The notes: generated by a model from the sequence alone, not told the origin. Shown: positions 14,716-28,965, numbered from the stretch's first letter. The stretch: DNA of 64,000 nucleotides from an uncultured Actinomycetes bacterium (GCA_963832225.1 CAWHTI010000001.1:197033-261032); one strand, 5' to 3'. A program made the numbers and translations.

Positions 14716-15498
14716 CTACCGGCGGGTCAGGATCGACAGGTCCTCGGACACGAGGGTCGGCCGTACGGGGGATCCGTCGAGATCTTCGCGGCGGGTGATG
14801 CCCGTGAGGACCAGGAGGGAGTCCCAGCCGAGCGCGGCCGCTCCGGCGATGTCCGTATCCAGCCGGTCGCCGATCACCAGCGGAACCCCGCCCCCGGCGC
14901 GTTCCAGCGCATCGAGATACAGCGGCGCGTTCGGCTTGCCGACGATCTCGGCCACGGCGCCGGTGGTGGTGGCGATCGCGGCGATGAGCGCGCCGGCGCC
15001 CGGCCACCGAGCGCCCTCCGCCGCCGGGAACGAGGCGTCGGCGTTCGTCCCCACGAACGCGGCGCCGCGGTCGACCAGGATCGAGGCGTGGCGCAGCGCC
15101 GTGTAGTCGGCCGTCCGGTCCAATCCGACGACCACCGCGTCGACCTCGGTCGCGTCTCCGGCGCGCACCTCGATCCCCGCATCCGTCAGGGCGAGCCGGA
15201 TCCCCGCCTCCCCGATCACGAAGGCCGAGCGGCATCCGCGATCCGCGAGCATCCGCGCGGTCGGCGCGGCCGACGTCGCGACCTCCGGTGCGGATGCCGC
15301 GATCCCCATGCCGCCCAGTCGCCCGGCGACCTCGTCGGGGGTCCCGGCGGAGTTGTTCGTCATGAACGCGATGCCGCGACCGGCCGCGCGGATCGCGCCC
15401 ACCGCGTCCGGGGCGCCCGGGATCGGCCGGTCGCCTCGGTAGAGCACGCCGTCGAGATCGAACAGGAACGCGTCGTAGCGCTGCAGCGGGGACGCCAT
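14716..15498 (-). CDS. HAD-IIA family hydrolase (NagD-like sugar phosphatase)
   Basis: MASPLQRYDAFLFDLDGVLYRG..FMTNNS..GKPN..IGDRLDTDI. ATG at 15498. Confidence 0.85.
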   Translation of the reverse strand: MASPLQRYDAFLFDLDGVLYRGDRPIPGAPDAVGAIRAAGRGIAFMTNNSAGTPDEVAGRLGGMGIAASAPEVATSAAPTARMLADRGCRSAFVIGEAGIRLALTDAGIEVRAGDATEVDAVVVGLDRTADYTALRHASILVDRGAAFVGTNADASFPAAEGARWPGAGALIAAIATTTGAVAEIVGKPNAPLYLDALERAGGGVPLVIGDRLDTDIAGAAALGWDSLLVLTGITRREDLDGSPVRPTLVSEDLSILTRR

Positions 15499-15499
15499 C

Positions 15500-15874
15500 T
15501 CAGGCGGCGAGGCGGCGGAGAGCCCGTTCGTAGTCGGCGTTGCCGGGCCGCAGCGTGGTGGCGAGCTTCGCGTGACCGCGCGCCCTCGCACGCTGGCCCG
15601 TGCGCTCGCACGCGAGCGCGAGCGCGAAATGGGCGTAGTCGTCGGCCGGGTTCAGCTGCACCGCCTTGGCGAACTCGAGCCGGGCGCGGTCGGCCGCTCC
15701 GATCCCGAAGAGGGCGCGTCCCAGCGCCTCGCGGATCGAGGCCTTCTCCGGCTCCAGGAGCTTCGCACGCCCGAGCATCATGACCGCCTGGTGCGGATGC
15801 CCGTCGCGGAGCATCGCGGAGCCGCGCACGAAGAGGTCGTACGCGGTCTCGGTGCGGAGCCGGCTGCTATACAA
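15500..15874 (-). CDS. Small TPR-repeat protein
   Basis: 124-aa ORF with TPR-like helices (EFAKAVQLNPADDYAHFALALACERTG). The TTG start is uncertain; it lies only 5 nt from the divergent DUF1015 start. Confidence 0.55.
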   Translation of the reverse strand: MYSSRLRTETAYDLFVRGSAMLRDGHPHQAVMMLGRAKLLEPEKASIREALGRALFGIGAADRARLEFAKAVQLNPADDYAHFALALACERTGQRARARGHAKLATTLRPGNADYERALRRLAA

Positions 15875-15879
15875 CGTGG

Positions 15880-17040
15880 ATGCCTCGCATCTCCCCGTTT
15901 CCGGGACTGCTCTTCGATCCGGCGATCGCCGGACCGCTGGAGACCGTCACCGCTCCCCCCTACGACGTCATCGGCGAGGAGGAGCGCCGGGCCTTCCTGT
16001 CGTCGAGCCCTCACAGCGTAGTGCACCTCGATCTCTCCGAGTCCTCGGGTGAGCACGACCGGTACGAGCGCGCCGCCCACCTGCTGGAACGGTGGCGGAC
16101 GGAAGGCGCGCTGCGCGGGAGCGCGGCGCCGTGCTACTACGCGTACGAGATGCGCTTCCGGCTGCACGCGCGCGAGCGCCGCATCCGCGGGCTGTTCTGC
16201 GCCCTCGAGCTGGAGGACTGGGGCGGGGGCGTCCTGCCGCACGAGCGCACGATGTCGGGGCCGGTGGAGGACCGGTTGCGGCTGCTGCGGGCGACCCGCA
16301 CCAACATCTCCGCCGTCTACGGCACGGTGGCGGGCCCGGTGCCGGCGCTCGCGTCCCTCCTCGACGGGGTGACGGAGCGGGCGCCGCTCGGCTCGGTGGA
16401 GGACGACGAGGGGGTGACCCATGCGATGTGGGCCGTGGCGCCCGATCCCGCGATCGCCGGGTGGATCGACGGGGAGCCCATGTTGATCGCCGACGGCCAT
16501 CACCGCTACACGACCGCGCTTCGATACCGGCAGGAACGCCGGGCCGCCGAGGGAGGGGGGCCCTGGGACGCGGTCCTCGCGCTCGTCGTGGACGCCGGGA
16601 CCGAGGCGCCCCCGGTCCTGCCGTTCCACCGGCTCGTCGCGAGCCGTGCGCCCGTCCCGGAGGGCGTGCGGGTCCACGATCTGCAGGAGGCGCTCGCCGA
16701 GCTCGACGACGACGCCCTGACGGTTGGGGTCGTCACCCGCGAGGCCGGCGGGCTCGTCCACCTCGTCGCCACGTTGGATGGCGAGCCGCCGACCGTGGCG
16801 GCCCTGCACGACCGCGTCCTGGGCACCGAGACCGATGGCGGGGCGATCCGGTTCACCCCCGACGCGGCCGCGGCCGAGGCCGAGGTGCGCGCCGGGACGG
16901 CCGCGGTCGCGTACCTGCTGCCCTCGACGACGACCGATCGGATCCGAGCCGTCGTGCAGCGCGGTGAGCGGCTGCCGCAGAAGTCCACCTTCTTCTGGCC
17001 CAAGCCGCGCACGGGCATGGTGATGCGGCCCCTGGAGTAG
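15880..17040 (+). CDS. DUF1015 family protein
   Basis: Intact 386-aa ORF: MPRISPFPGLLFD..VTAPPYDVI..VLPHERT..LIADGHHRY..LPQKSTFFWPK. Confidence 0.8.
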   Translation: MPRISPFPGLLFDPAIAGPLETVTAPPYDVIGEEERRAFLSSSPHSVVHLDLSESSGEHDRYERAAHLLERWRTEGALRGSAAPCYYAYEMRFRLHARERRIRGLFCALELEDWGGGVLPHERTMSGPVEDRLRLLRATRTNISAVYGTVAGPVPALASLLDGVTERAPLGSVEDDEGVTHAMWAVAPDPAIAGWIDGEPMLIADGHHRYTTALRYRQERRAAEGGGPWDAVLALVVDAGTEAPPVLPFHRLVASRAPVPEGVRVHDLQEALAELDDDALTVGVVTREAGGLVHLVATLDGEPPTVAALHDRVLGTETDGGAIRFTPDAAAAEAEVRAGTAAVAYLLPSTTTDRIRAVVQRGERLPQKSTFFWPKPRTGMVMRPLE

Positions 17041-17050
17041 GCTCCCGGTC

Positions 17051-17719
17051 ATGCACGGGGGCGGTGGAGATCGGCCGGCGGCCGGCGGGCCGGCACGAAC
17101 CGTCGACGGCGGGGTGTCCGGCATCCTGGCCCTCGCCGATTGGCGCCGGAGGACCTTCGACCTGTACCGGCGCGCGCGGGAGGCTCCGGCGTCCGAGAGC
17201 GCCTGGGCGGCCTGGCGCGAAGGGCGCGACGCGCTCTTCCGCGGTCACGCCGCCTCCCCGATCCTCGCGACGGACCGGGCCGCGCACGTCCAGACGCCGT
17301 TCTTCGCGTACGACCCCGGCGCTCGCGTGAACGGCGTGCTGACCGACGCGGACCACGAGCCCCTGGAGATCGCCGGCTCGCACGGCACCTTCGGGGCCAC
17401 ACGGTTCGCCGTGGCCGGCTTCGAGCTCTCCGGCGCGCTCTGCTCGCTGGACGTCTTCTGGCTCGACGGATACGGCGGCGGACTGTTCCTGCCGTTCCGG
17501 GACGCGACCAGCGGCTCCACGTCGTACGGCGCCGGCCGCTACCTGCTGGATACCGTGAAGGGCGCCGACCTCGGTGAGGAGCCCGGCGGCCTGGTGCTGG
17601 ACTTCAACTTCGCCTACAACCCGTCGTGCGCCTACGACCCCCGGTGGGCCTGTCCCCTGGCTCCGCCCGGGAATCACCTGGACATCTCGGTGGAGGCGGG
17701 CGAGCGCCTCCCGGACTGA
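17051..17719 (+). CDS. DUF1684 family protein
   Basis: 222-aa ORF: ..SYGAGRYLLD..DFNFAYNPSCAYDPRWACPLAPPGNHL. The exact start is uncertain. Confidence 0.7.
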   Translation: MHGGGGDRPAAGGPARTVDGGVSGILALADWRRRTFDLYRRAREAPASESAWAAWREGRDALFRGHAASPILATDRAAHVQTPFFAYDPGARVNGVLTDADHEPLEIAGSHGTFGATRFAVAGFELSGALCSLDVFWLDGYGGGLFLPFRDATSGSTSYGAGRYLLDTVKGADLGEEPGGLVLDFNFAYNPSCAYDPRWACPLAPPGNHLDISVEAGERLPD

Positions 17720-17727
17720 ACCCGGCG

Positions 17728-18045
17728 TCACTCCTCCTCGACGGGCTCGAGCTTCTTGATGCCGCTGGCGATCACCTCCGTCAGGCTCCGCGCCCCCGCT
17801 CCGCTGCGGTAGAAGCGGCGGGCGAGGGTGCCGTGCACCAGGACCCGGTCGCCCTTGCCCAGGCCCTGCAACGCCCGCCGGCCCACGGCCTTGTGCCAGA
17901 CGGTCACCGGCAGCGGCAGCAGGCGCCTGCCCTCCTCCGGCACCGACAGGCGGAGCTCGGTGACCTCGTCGCCGGACGGCAGCTGACGCTCGACCGGCTC
18001 GGCCGCGATGGTGCCGGCCAGGACCACCACGTTGACGGTGACCAT
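17728..18045 (-). CDS. Short OB-fold single-stranded-DNA-binding-protein-like protein (105 aa) with an acidic tail
   Basis: MVTVNVVVLAGTIAAEPVERQLPSGDEVTELRLSV..VWHKAVGRRA..KGDRVLVHGTL..EPVEEE. This is the C-terminal part of ORF 17728..18933, with ATG at 18045. Confidence 0.55.
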   Translation of the reverse strand: MVTVNVVVLAGTIAAEPVERQLPSGDEVTELRLSVPEEGRRLLPLPVTVWHKAVGRRALQGLGKGDRVLVHGTLARRFYRSGAGARSLTEVIASGIKKLEPVEEE

Positions 18046-18129
18046 GGATCGACTCCCTCCTCGGGGGAGGCTCACGAGGAGGAGCGAGACCGGCGCGACC
18101 GTAGCAGGCGGGTCCGACACGGAGGTCGT

Positions 18130-19138
18130 GTGCGAGACTTCCCGGCCGTGGAGGCGGCGTTCGCACCCGTGACCGACGGGATCGAGATGCTCGACACGGG
18201 CCTGGCGGGCCAGGCCGAGTTGAACGCCGTCTACCTCCTGACGGGGGACGAGCCCACGCTGGTGGAGGCCGGCCCGGCCGCCGACGCCGCGCGCGTCGTC
18301 GCGGCGCTCGAGCGACGTGGACTGGGCCCCGAGGACCTGGCGCACATCGTGGTCACCCACGTCCATCTGGACCATGCGGGCGGCGCCGGTCTGCTGCTTC
18401 GACGCTTCACCGCCGCCGACGTCTGGGCGCATGAGCGCGGCGCCCCACACCTCGAGGATCCGGGCCGGCTCGTCGCCAGCACCGCACGCACGTACGGCGA
18501 GGACCGGATGCGGGCGTTCTTCGGCACGACGGCTCCGGTCGCGCGCGATCGGATCCGCACCGTCGCCGACCGCGACGTGATCGGACTGGGTCGCCGCTCG
18601 CTCGAGGTGATGCACACGCCCGGCCACGCATCCCACCATGTGGCCCTCGCTCGACCGCACCACCGGGGCCGTGTTCACGGGGGAGGCCGTAGGGTCGCAC
18701 CTGCCCTGGGTCGACGTGTACCGGCCCGCGCTGCCGCCGCCGGAGGTCGACGTCGAGGCGGCGCTCGCCAGCATCGACCGGATCCGGGACCGCGCCTCGA
18801 TCCTCCTGACCTCGCACTTCGGTCCCGTCGCGGACGCTGCCGAGGGCTGCGAGCGGGCCGCCGCGCGGGTGCTGGCGTGGTCGGAGACCGTCCGGCGCCT
18901 CTCGGCCGACACGCAGGACGTGGAGGTCATCACGGCGGCGCTCCGCGCGCAGGCGGCCGCCGAGCACCTGGCCGACGCCGGCGAGGCGATCGACCTCGAG
19001 CGCTACGACGCGCTCGGCAGTATCCGCATGAACGCGACGGGGCTGGAGCGGTACTGGCGGAAGCGGCGCGAGGCCGAGCAGGCCGAGACCGGGGGCACGC
19101 AGAGCCCGACCGGCCCGGCGGGCCCTCAGGCGAGCTGA
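18130..19138 (+). CDS. MBL-fold metallo-hydrolase, one apparent frameshift near 18648
   Basis: VVTHVHLDHAGGAGLLL..MHTPGHASHHVAL is in the 17626..20058 frame. It continues as LDRTTGAVFTGEAVG..LLTSHFGP in ORF 18638..19138. Confidence 0.75.
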
Positions 19139-19815
19139 GCGAGCCGCTCCGCCACGTCGTACGCGCCGGGATCGTGGCGGAACACCTTGCGGAACTCGCG
19201 CTCGGCGTCCTCGCGCCGTCCCGCCCGCTGCAGGATGTCGCCGGCCACGTACCACAGGCGCAGCGTGTATCCCTCCGCGACGTCGTCCCGCGTCTGCGCC
19301 CGCCGCAGGAACGCCAGCGCCTCCGGGAACCGCCGCTGATCCGCGAGCGCCGAGGCCGCCACGATCACCGCCTCGGCCTTCGCCTCGTTCGGGATCCTCG
19401 CGCGCAACGCCTCCTCCGCGAGCGGGACGACCTCCCCGGACCGCCCCAGCGCCCGCAGGCAGTCCGCGATGATGTGGTTCTGGTCGGGCCGCCCGGAGAG
19501 GCGGCGGTAGGCCTTCATCTCGGTGAGCGCGTCCTGCCATCGCTCGGCGCCGTACAGCCCCAGACCGAGCACCTCTCGCACGGACGCCGACCGCGGCGCC
19601 AACGACTTCGCCTTCGCGGCCTCGGCCGCGGCGCCGGGAGCGTCGCCACGCTCCAGCAGCTCCGTCGCCCGTCCCAGGCGTGCGAGCGCGGTGTCCGCCG
19701 AGGTGGGCGCGGTGGTCCTGCGCACCTCGTCGATCACGGGTCGCGGCAGGGTCGAGGTGGCGGGGGCCGCACCCCGGCGTTGTGCGCCGGGTCGAGGTCG
19801 GAGCGGCTTGGCCAT
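19126..19815 (-). CDS. TPR-repeat protein
   Basis: MAKPLRPRPG.. followed by TPR-like helices. Internal ATG of ORF 19126..19917. It overlaps the convergent MBL gene by 13 nt. Confidence 0.55.
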   Translation of the reverse strand: MAKPLRPRPGAQRRGAAPATSTLPRPVIDEVRRTTAPTSADTALARLGRATELLERGDAPGAAAEAAKAKSLAPRSASVREVLGLGLYGAERWQDALTEMKAYRRLSGRPDQNHIIADCLRALGRSGEVVPLAEEALRARIPNEAKAEAVIVAASALADQRRFPEALAFLRRAQTRDDVAEGYTLRLWYVAGDILQRAGRREDAEREFRKVFRHDPGAYDVAERLAQLA

Positions 19816-19871
19816 GTCTCTCAGGGTACCCGTCGGCCGCGGAGCAGCGGAGACACCCTGGGGTGCAACGA

Positions 19872-19901
19872 GAAGAGCCGCCCCCGGAGGAGCGGCTCTT
19901 C
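19872..19901 (-). terminator. Hairpin immediately 3' of the 5S rRNA (10-bp stem gaagagccgc / gcggctcttc, 10-nt loop); likely rRNA operon terminator
   Basis: Perfect inverted repeat at 19872-19881 and 19892-19901, 6 nt beyond the 5S 3' end. There is no long U tract. Confidence 0.5.
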
Positions 19902-19907
19902 GAAGAT

Positions 19908-20027
19908 GTTCCGGCAACGACCTACTCTCCCACCCAGTCGCCCAGGCAGTACCATCGGCGCTGGAGGGCTTAACTTCCGGGTTCGGGATGGGACCGGGTG
20001 TATCCCCTCCGCTATGGCCACCGAAAC
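19908..20027 (-). rRNA. rrf: 5S ribosomal RNA
   Basis: The reverse complement reads GTTTCGGTGGCCATAGCGGAGGGGATACACCCGGTCCCATCCCGAACCCGGAAGTTAAGCCCTCCAGCGCCGATGGTACTG..GGGAGAGTAGGTCGTTGCCGGAAC. Confidence 0.9.
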
Positions 20028-20082
20028 GGTGTCTCCCGATCGCTCGGGAAGCGGCTGAGGGTGCGATCCTCGAGCAGAGGCT

Positions 20083-20108
20083 CGAGAACCACGATAGCGA
20101 GCGCGAGC
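20083..20108. repeat. 3' half of the 23S-flanking processing stem (pairs with 23219-23242)
   Basis: cgatagcgagcgcgagc (20092-20108) is the exact reverse complement of gctcgcgctcgctatcg (23219-23235). gagaac and gttctc extend the pairing. Confidence 0.8.
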
Positions 20109-20109
20109 A

Positions 20110-23212
<3,103 letters not shown>

Positions 23213-23218
23213 GTAGAT

Positions 23219-23242
23219 GCTCGCGCTCGCTATCGAGTTCTC
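23219..23242. repeat. 5' half of the 23S-flanking processing stem (pairs with 20083-20108)
   Basis: See the 20083-20108 entry: a 17-nt perfect complement plus a 6-nt extension. Confidence 0.8.
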
Positions 23243-23271
23243 AAGGTGCTCGAGGATTCGCACCCTCAAAG

Positions 23272-23284
23272 CTGAACAGTGTGT
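23272..23284. repeat. 3' half of the 16S-flanking processing stem (pairs with 25169-25181)
   Basis: ctgaacagtgtgt is the exact reverse complement of acacactgttcag at 25169-25181. A second paired block is attcgcacc (23257-23265) with ggtgcgaat (about 25189-25197). Confidence 0.75.
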
Positions 23285-23448
23285 CCTGATGAGTCTGTCG
23301 CCGGCGTCCACCCGTTCGCGCTCGAGAGCGGTACTGAACGTGGTCGTCGTCGAGGTGTCAAAAGAATAGCCAGCGCATCGACCTGGAGTGTCTCCGGTAC
23401 TAGCGACGTCCGATCGATCGCCGGACGTCCTCCGGATTGCCAAGTACT

Positions 23449-24975
<1,527 letters not shown>

Positions 24976-25168
24976 AGATCCACGGATCCCCGCACCCGAG
25001 GGCACGGGGGTTCGCTTCCTTCGTTGGAGTCGGCCGGTTCGCGAGGCAATCCGCTCGCCGGCCTCCTCGATCCCGTCCATGTGTCCGGACGGTTTCAGTA
25101 CATCTCGTCAAGAGCCGTGGACACGGCGAAACCGTGCCCCCGGATGACGGGATTGGCACTGGCTTTTG

Positions 25169-25181
25169 ACACACTGTTCAG
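25169..25181. repeat. 5' (leader) half of the 16S-flanking processing stem
   Basis: See the 23272-23284 entry. Confidence 0.75.
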
Positions 25182-25274
25182 TTCTCAAGGTGCGAATGGC
25201 CGCCGTCCCGACCGCCGGGGTCGCCGAGGAGCATGAACTCCAGGCAGATCCTCGCGGGGAACCGCGCAGACAGG

Positions 25275-25304
25275 ATGCTACGACCGGGGTCCGTGGACCG
25301 TCAA
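25275..25304 (-). promoter_or_regulatory. Candidate rRNA operon promoter: TTGACG, 18-nt spacer, TAGCAT
   Basis: Minus-strand TTGACG (25304-25299) and TAGCAT (25280-25275), about 300 nt upstream of the mature 16S 5' end and just downstream of the tyrS stop. Confidence 0.4.
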
Positions 25305-25333
25305 CCGAGGCCCCCTGAGCTGCACGAACGGCC

Positions 25334-26536
25334 TCAGGCCAGCCTGCCGAACCAGCGCCGCCCCACCTGCAGGACGTGGCCGCGGAGCTCGCCCGGGTCG
25401 AACTCCCGGCCGGGGTCCACCACCATCTCGCCGTCCAGGCGGACGCCGCCCTGCTCGACCAGACGCCTGGCCTCGCCGTTCGAGGTCGCCCGGCCCAGCG
25501 CGACGAGCAACCGGGGGAGCCAGATCCGCCCCTCCTCCACCGCCGCGGCCGGGATCGGGGCCTCCGGGACCTCCTGCGGGAGCTCGCGGTCCCGGTGGAC
25601 GCGATCGAACCGTTCCTCGGCCGCGGAACCCGCCCCGGCCCCGTGGTACAGATCCACGATCTCCCTCGCCAGACGGCGCTTCTGCTCGACGGCCACGAGG
25701 CCGCCGTCGGCCAGCCCCGCCTCGATCCGGTCCGCCTCGGCGGGATCCACACCCGTGGTGAGGCGCAGGTAGCGCGCCACGAGCTCGTCGGGCACCCGCA
25801 TCACCTTGCCGAACATGTCGTCGGCGGGCTCCGTGAGGCCGACGTAGTTGTCGAAGGACTTCGACATCTTTCGGACGCCGTCGGTCCCCTCCAGCAGCGG
25901 CGTCGTGAGCACGACCTGGGGCTCCTGTCCGTAGGCCCGCTGGATCTCCCGGCCCAGGAGCAGGTTGAAGGTCTGGTCGGTGCCGCCGATCTCCACGTCC
26001 GCCTGCACCTGGACGGAGTCCATCGCCTGGAACAGGGGGTAGAGGAACTCGACGATCGAGATCGGCTGCCCGCCCCGATACCGGGTGCGGAAGTCGTCGC
26101 GGTCAAGCATCTGCGCCACCGTGGCCGCCGAGGCGAGGCGCACCAGCTCCTCCATGTTCATCGCGCCCAGCCACTCGGCGTTGTGGCGCACCTCCGCCGT
26201 CGCCAGGTCCAGCACGTGCCCGGCCTGATCGAAGTAGCTCCGGGCGTTGGCCTCCATCTCCTCGGCCGACAGCAGGGTGCGGGTCTCGGAGCGACCCGAT
26301 GGATCCCCCACCCGTCCCGTGAAGTCTCCGATGATGAGCACGGCGGTGTGCCCGAGATCCTGGAACCGCCGGAGCGTGCGCAGCACCACGCTGTGACCCA
26401 GATGGAGGTCCGGACGGTTGGGATCGATGCCGAGCTTCACCCGCAACGGCCGGCCGAGCTCGAGCTTGGCCCGGAGGCCGTCGCGCGGGACGATCTCGGC
26501 GGCGCCGGAGGTCAGGGTCGCGAGCGCATCGGCCAT
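25334..26536 (-). CDS. tyrS: Tyrosine--tRNA ligase
   Basis: Intact 400-aa ORF: PDLHLGHSVVL (HIGH-like), KMSKSFDNY (KMSKS), and a C-terminal S4-like domain (SNGEARRLVEQGGVRLDG). Confidence 0.95.
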   Translation of the reverse strand: MADALATLTSGAAEIVPRDGLRAKLELGRPLRVKLGIDPNRPDLHLGHSVVLRTLRRFQDLGHTAVLIIGDFTGRVGDPSGRSETRTLLSAEEMEANARSYFDQAGHVLDLATAEVRHNAEWLGAMNMEELVRLASAATVAQMLDRDDFRTRYRGGQPISIVEFLYPLFQAMDSVQVQADVEIGGTDQTFNLLLGREIQRAYGQEPQVVLTTPLLEGTDGVRKMSKSFDNYVGLTEPADDMFGKVMRVPDELVARYLRLTTGVDPAEADRIEAGLADGGLVAVEQKRRLAREIVDLYHGAGAGSAAEERFDRVHRDRELPQEVPEAPIPAAAVEEGRIWLPRLLVALGRATSNGEARRLVEQGGVRLDGEMVVDPGREFDPGELRGHVLQVGRRWFGRLA

Positions 26537-26591
26537 GGCCGACCGGATGCTACCAGTGGGGATGTGGCGCCAGGGGTATCATCGACGGCCC

Positions 26592-28828
26592 ATGCAGATG
26601 CGGCGCGCGATCGCGCTCGGCTGCCTGATCCTCACCGTCGCGAGCAGCGCCTGCGGCCTGCCTCAGCTCGAGGACGCCAAGCCCAAGCAGCTAGCGCAGA
26701 CCTCGTTCCTCTACGCCGCCGACGGGTCCCTGATCACGGAGCTCCACGCCGGCGAGGACCGCGTCGTCCTCGGCTACGCCCAGATGCCGCAGTCGATCAA
26801 GGACGCCGTGGTCGCGATCGAGGACCAGCGGTTCTGGTACCACCACGGCGTGGACGGCCGAGCGCTCCTGCGGGCCGCCTACATCGACGTCCGCGCGGGC
26901 GGCTACGTGGAGGGCGGCTCCACCATCACGCAGCAGCTCGTGAAGAACCTCTACGTCGGCAACGACGTGACCCTGGCCCGCAAGATCGACGAGGCGGCTC
27001 TCGCATGGCAGCTCGAGGAGAAGCTCTCCAAGGAGCAGATCCTGGCGAAGTACCTGAACACGGTGTACTTCGGGCAGGGCGCGTACGGCGTCCAGGCCGC
27101 CGCCCGGCAGTTCTTCGACGAGGACGCGAAGGACCTCAGCCTCGCGCAGGCCGCCACGCTGGCGGGCTCGATCCGCGCGCCCAACACCTTCGATCCCGCC
27201 CAGCACCCCAAGCGCGCGGTGCGCCGGCGCGGCGAGGTCCTGGACGCGATGCTGTCGCAGGGACTGATCGATCAGGCGGCCCACGACCGCGCCGCGTCCC
27301 AGGCGATCCGCCTGCGGTCTCCCGACGAGGAGATCACGTACGACGACGCGTACTTCGTGGACTACTTCATGGAGTGGTTCCTCTCCAACCCGAAGTTCGG
27401 TGAGGAGCGCACCGACCGGGAGGACCTCCTGTTCAACGGCGGGCTGCGCATCACGACCACCGTCGACCCGCAGCTGCAGATCTACGCGGACCGCGCCGTG
27501 AACTCGGTCCTCACGTACAACAACGACCCCTACGGCGCCATGACCGTGATCGATCCGCGGAACGGCTACGTCCGGGCGATGGTCGGCGGCCGGGACTTCT
27601 GGGACGAGCGCTCGGAGTTCGCGAAGCTGAACCTCGCGACCGGCGGGAGCAGCGGCCGCCAGGCGGGCTCTTCGTTCAAGCCCTTCGCCCTCGTGGCGGC
27701 GCTCGAGAACGGGATCTCACCGCAGACCGTGTTCGCGGCGCCGGGCTCGATCGAGATCCCGCTCGACAACGGCGAGGTGTGGCCGGTCTCGAACTCCGAG
27801 GGCGGCAGCTACGGCAGCCTGACGCTCGAGGACGCCACGATCAACTCGGTGAATACCGTCTACGCGCAGCTGATCGACCGTCTGGGCGCGGACACGGTCG
27901 TCGAGGCGGCCCAGCGCATGGGGATCCGCTGTTGCCGGCGCGTCAGCGAGCCCAGCGGCGAGGGCAGCTCGCTCCAGGCGGTCGAGGCGGCCGTCCTGGG
28001 CGCGAACGAGGTGAACACCCTCGAGATGGCGTCGGCCTACGGCACGCTCGCGACCGGGGGGTTCCACGTGCAGCCGACCCCCGTGATCTCGATCACGGAC
28101 GCGCGGGGCGAGATCCTGTTCCAGTCGCAGTCCGAGCGCAAGCGGGTCGTCGATCCGAAGATCGTCTCGGTCGCCGACGGCATCCTGGAGCAGGTCGTGT
28201 CGTCCGGGACGGGGCAGAACGCGATCCTCGATCCGTCCCGCCCCCAGATCGGCAAGACGGGGACGGAGGACTCCTACCGCGACGCCTGGTTCGCAGGCGC
28301 GATCCCGCAGCTGTCCGTCGCGGTGTGGGTGGGCTTCCCCGAGGGGCAGATCCCGATGGAGCCGCCGCGGACGCGGATCACGGTGTTCGGTGGCACCTGG
28401 CCGGCGTTCATCTGGAAGTCGTTCATGGAACGGCCACCGCCGGCATGCCGGTGAAGGACTTCCCGACGCCGGAGGTCCGCTACGTGAACGTCGCCGTCGA
28501 CATCACCCAGGACCCGCTGTGCCTGCCGAACCAGTACACGCTGCCGCAGAACATCGACACCCTGCCGTTCATCGAGGGCTCCGAGCCCACCCGGACCTGC
28601 CGGGAGCCGTCCTCGGCGCAGCGCGTCTCGGTCCCGTCGGTGATCGGCATGTCCCAGAGCGGCGCCGAGCAGCTGTTGCAGCGGGCGGGCTTCTACGTCG
28701 AGGTGCGGCTCGCCGATTCGACGCAGCCGGTGGGGACGGTGATCGCGCAGACGCCCCAGGCCGGCACGTCCGCGTATCAGACGAGCACGGTGACGATCAC
28801 GGTGTCGAAGGATACGTCCCAGCCCTAG
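26592..28828 (+). CDS. Class A penicillin-binding protein (transglycosylase + transpeptidase) with a C-terminal PASTA domain, one apparent frameshift near 28430
   Basis: MQMRRAIALGCLILTV..AIEDQRFWYHHGVD..GGSTITQQLVKN..RKIDEAALA..GSSFKP.. is in ORF 26418..28454. The tail ATAGMPVKDFPTPE..VPSVIGMSQSGAEQLLQRAGFYVEV..VTITVSK is in ORF 27779..28828. Confidence 0.9.
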
Positions 28829-28867
28829 CACGCTGCTCGGCACGCTCCTGGGACCGACGCGGCCCCC

Positions 28868-28965
28868 CTTGGAGGGCTACCGCTTCGCTACTTGAGCCCC
28901 TTGGAGGGCTACCGCTTCGCTACTCGAGCCGCCTTGGGGGGCTACCGCTTCGCTCCTTGAGCCCC
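28868..28965. repeat. Three tandem 32-33-nt hairpin-forming repeats (minus sense: GGGCT-CAAGTAGCGAAGCGGT-AGCCC)
   Basis: The units are cttggagggctaccgcttcgctacttgagccc (28868-28899), cttggagggctaccgcttcgctactcgagccgc (28900-28932) and cttggggggctaccgcttcgctccttgagcccc (28933-28965). They sit between the convergent PBP and mpg genes. A related pair is at 37853-37920. Confidence 0.85.

Noticed and set aside
19126-19138. 13-nt overlap of the convergent MBL-fold and TPR genes as possible antisense regulation
   Set aside because: Short 3'-end overlaps are common in compact GC-rich genomes. The MBL gene's C-terminal frame is itself reconstructed across a frameshift, so its exact stop is not certain.
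26537-26591. T-box or other leader riboswitches upstream of tyrS, pheS (35741-35780) and metK (50127-50146)
   Set aside because: The upstream gaps are only 55, 40 and 20 nt. That is far too short for T-box or SAM riboswitch elements, and no specifier or T-box sequence is visible.
28868-28965. Possible CRISPR array, because of the regularly spaced repeats
   Set aside because: The units abut directly with no spacers. There are only 3 copies here and 2 at the other locus. The repeat length and period do not fit a repeat-spacer organisation, and no cas genes are in the window. I treat them as a REP-like hairpin repeat instead.
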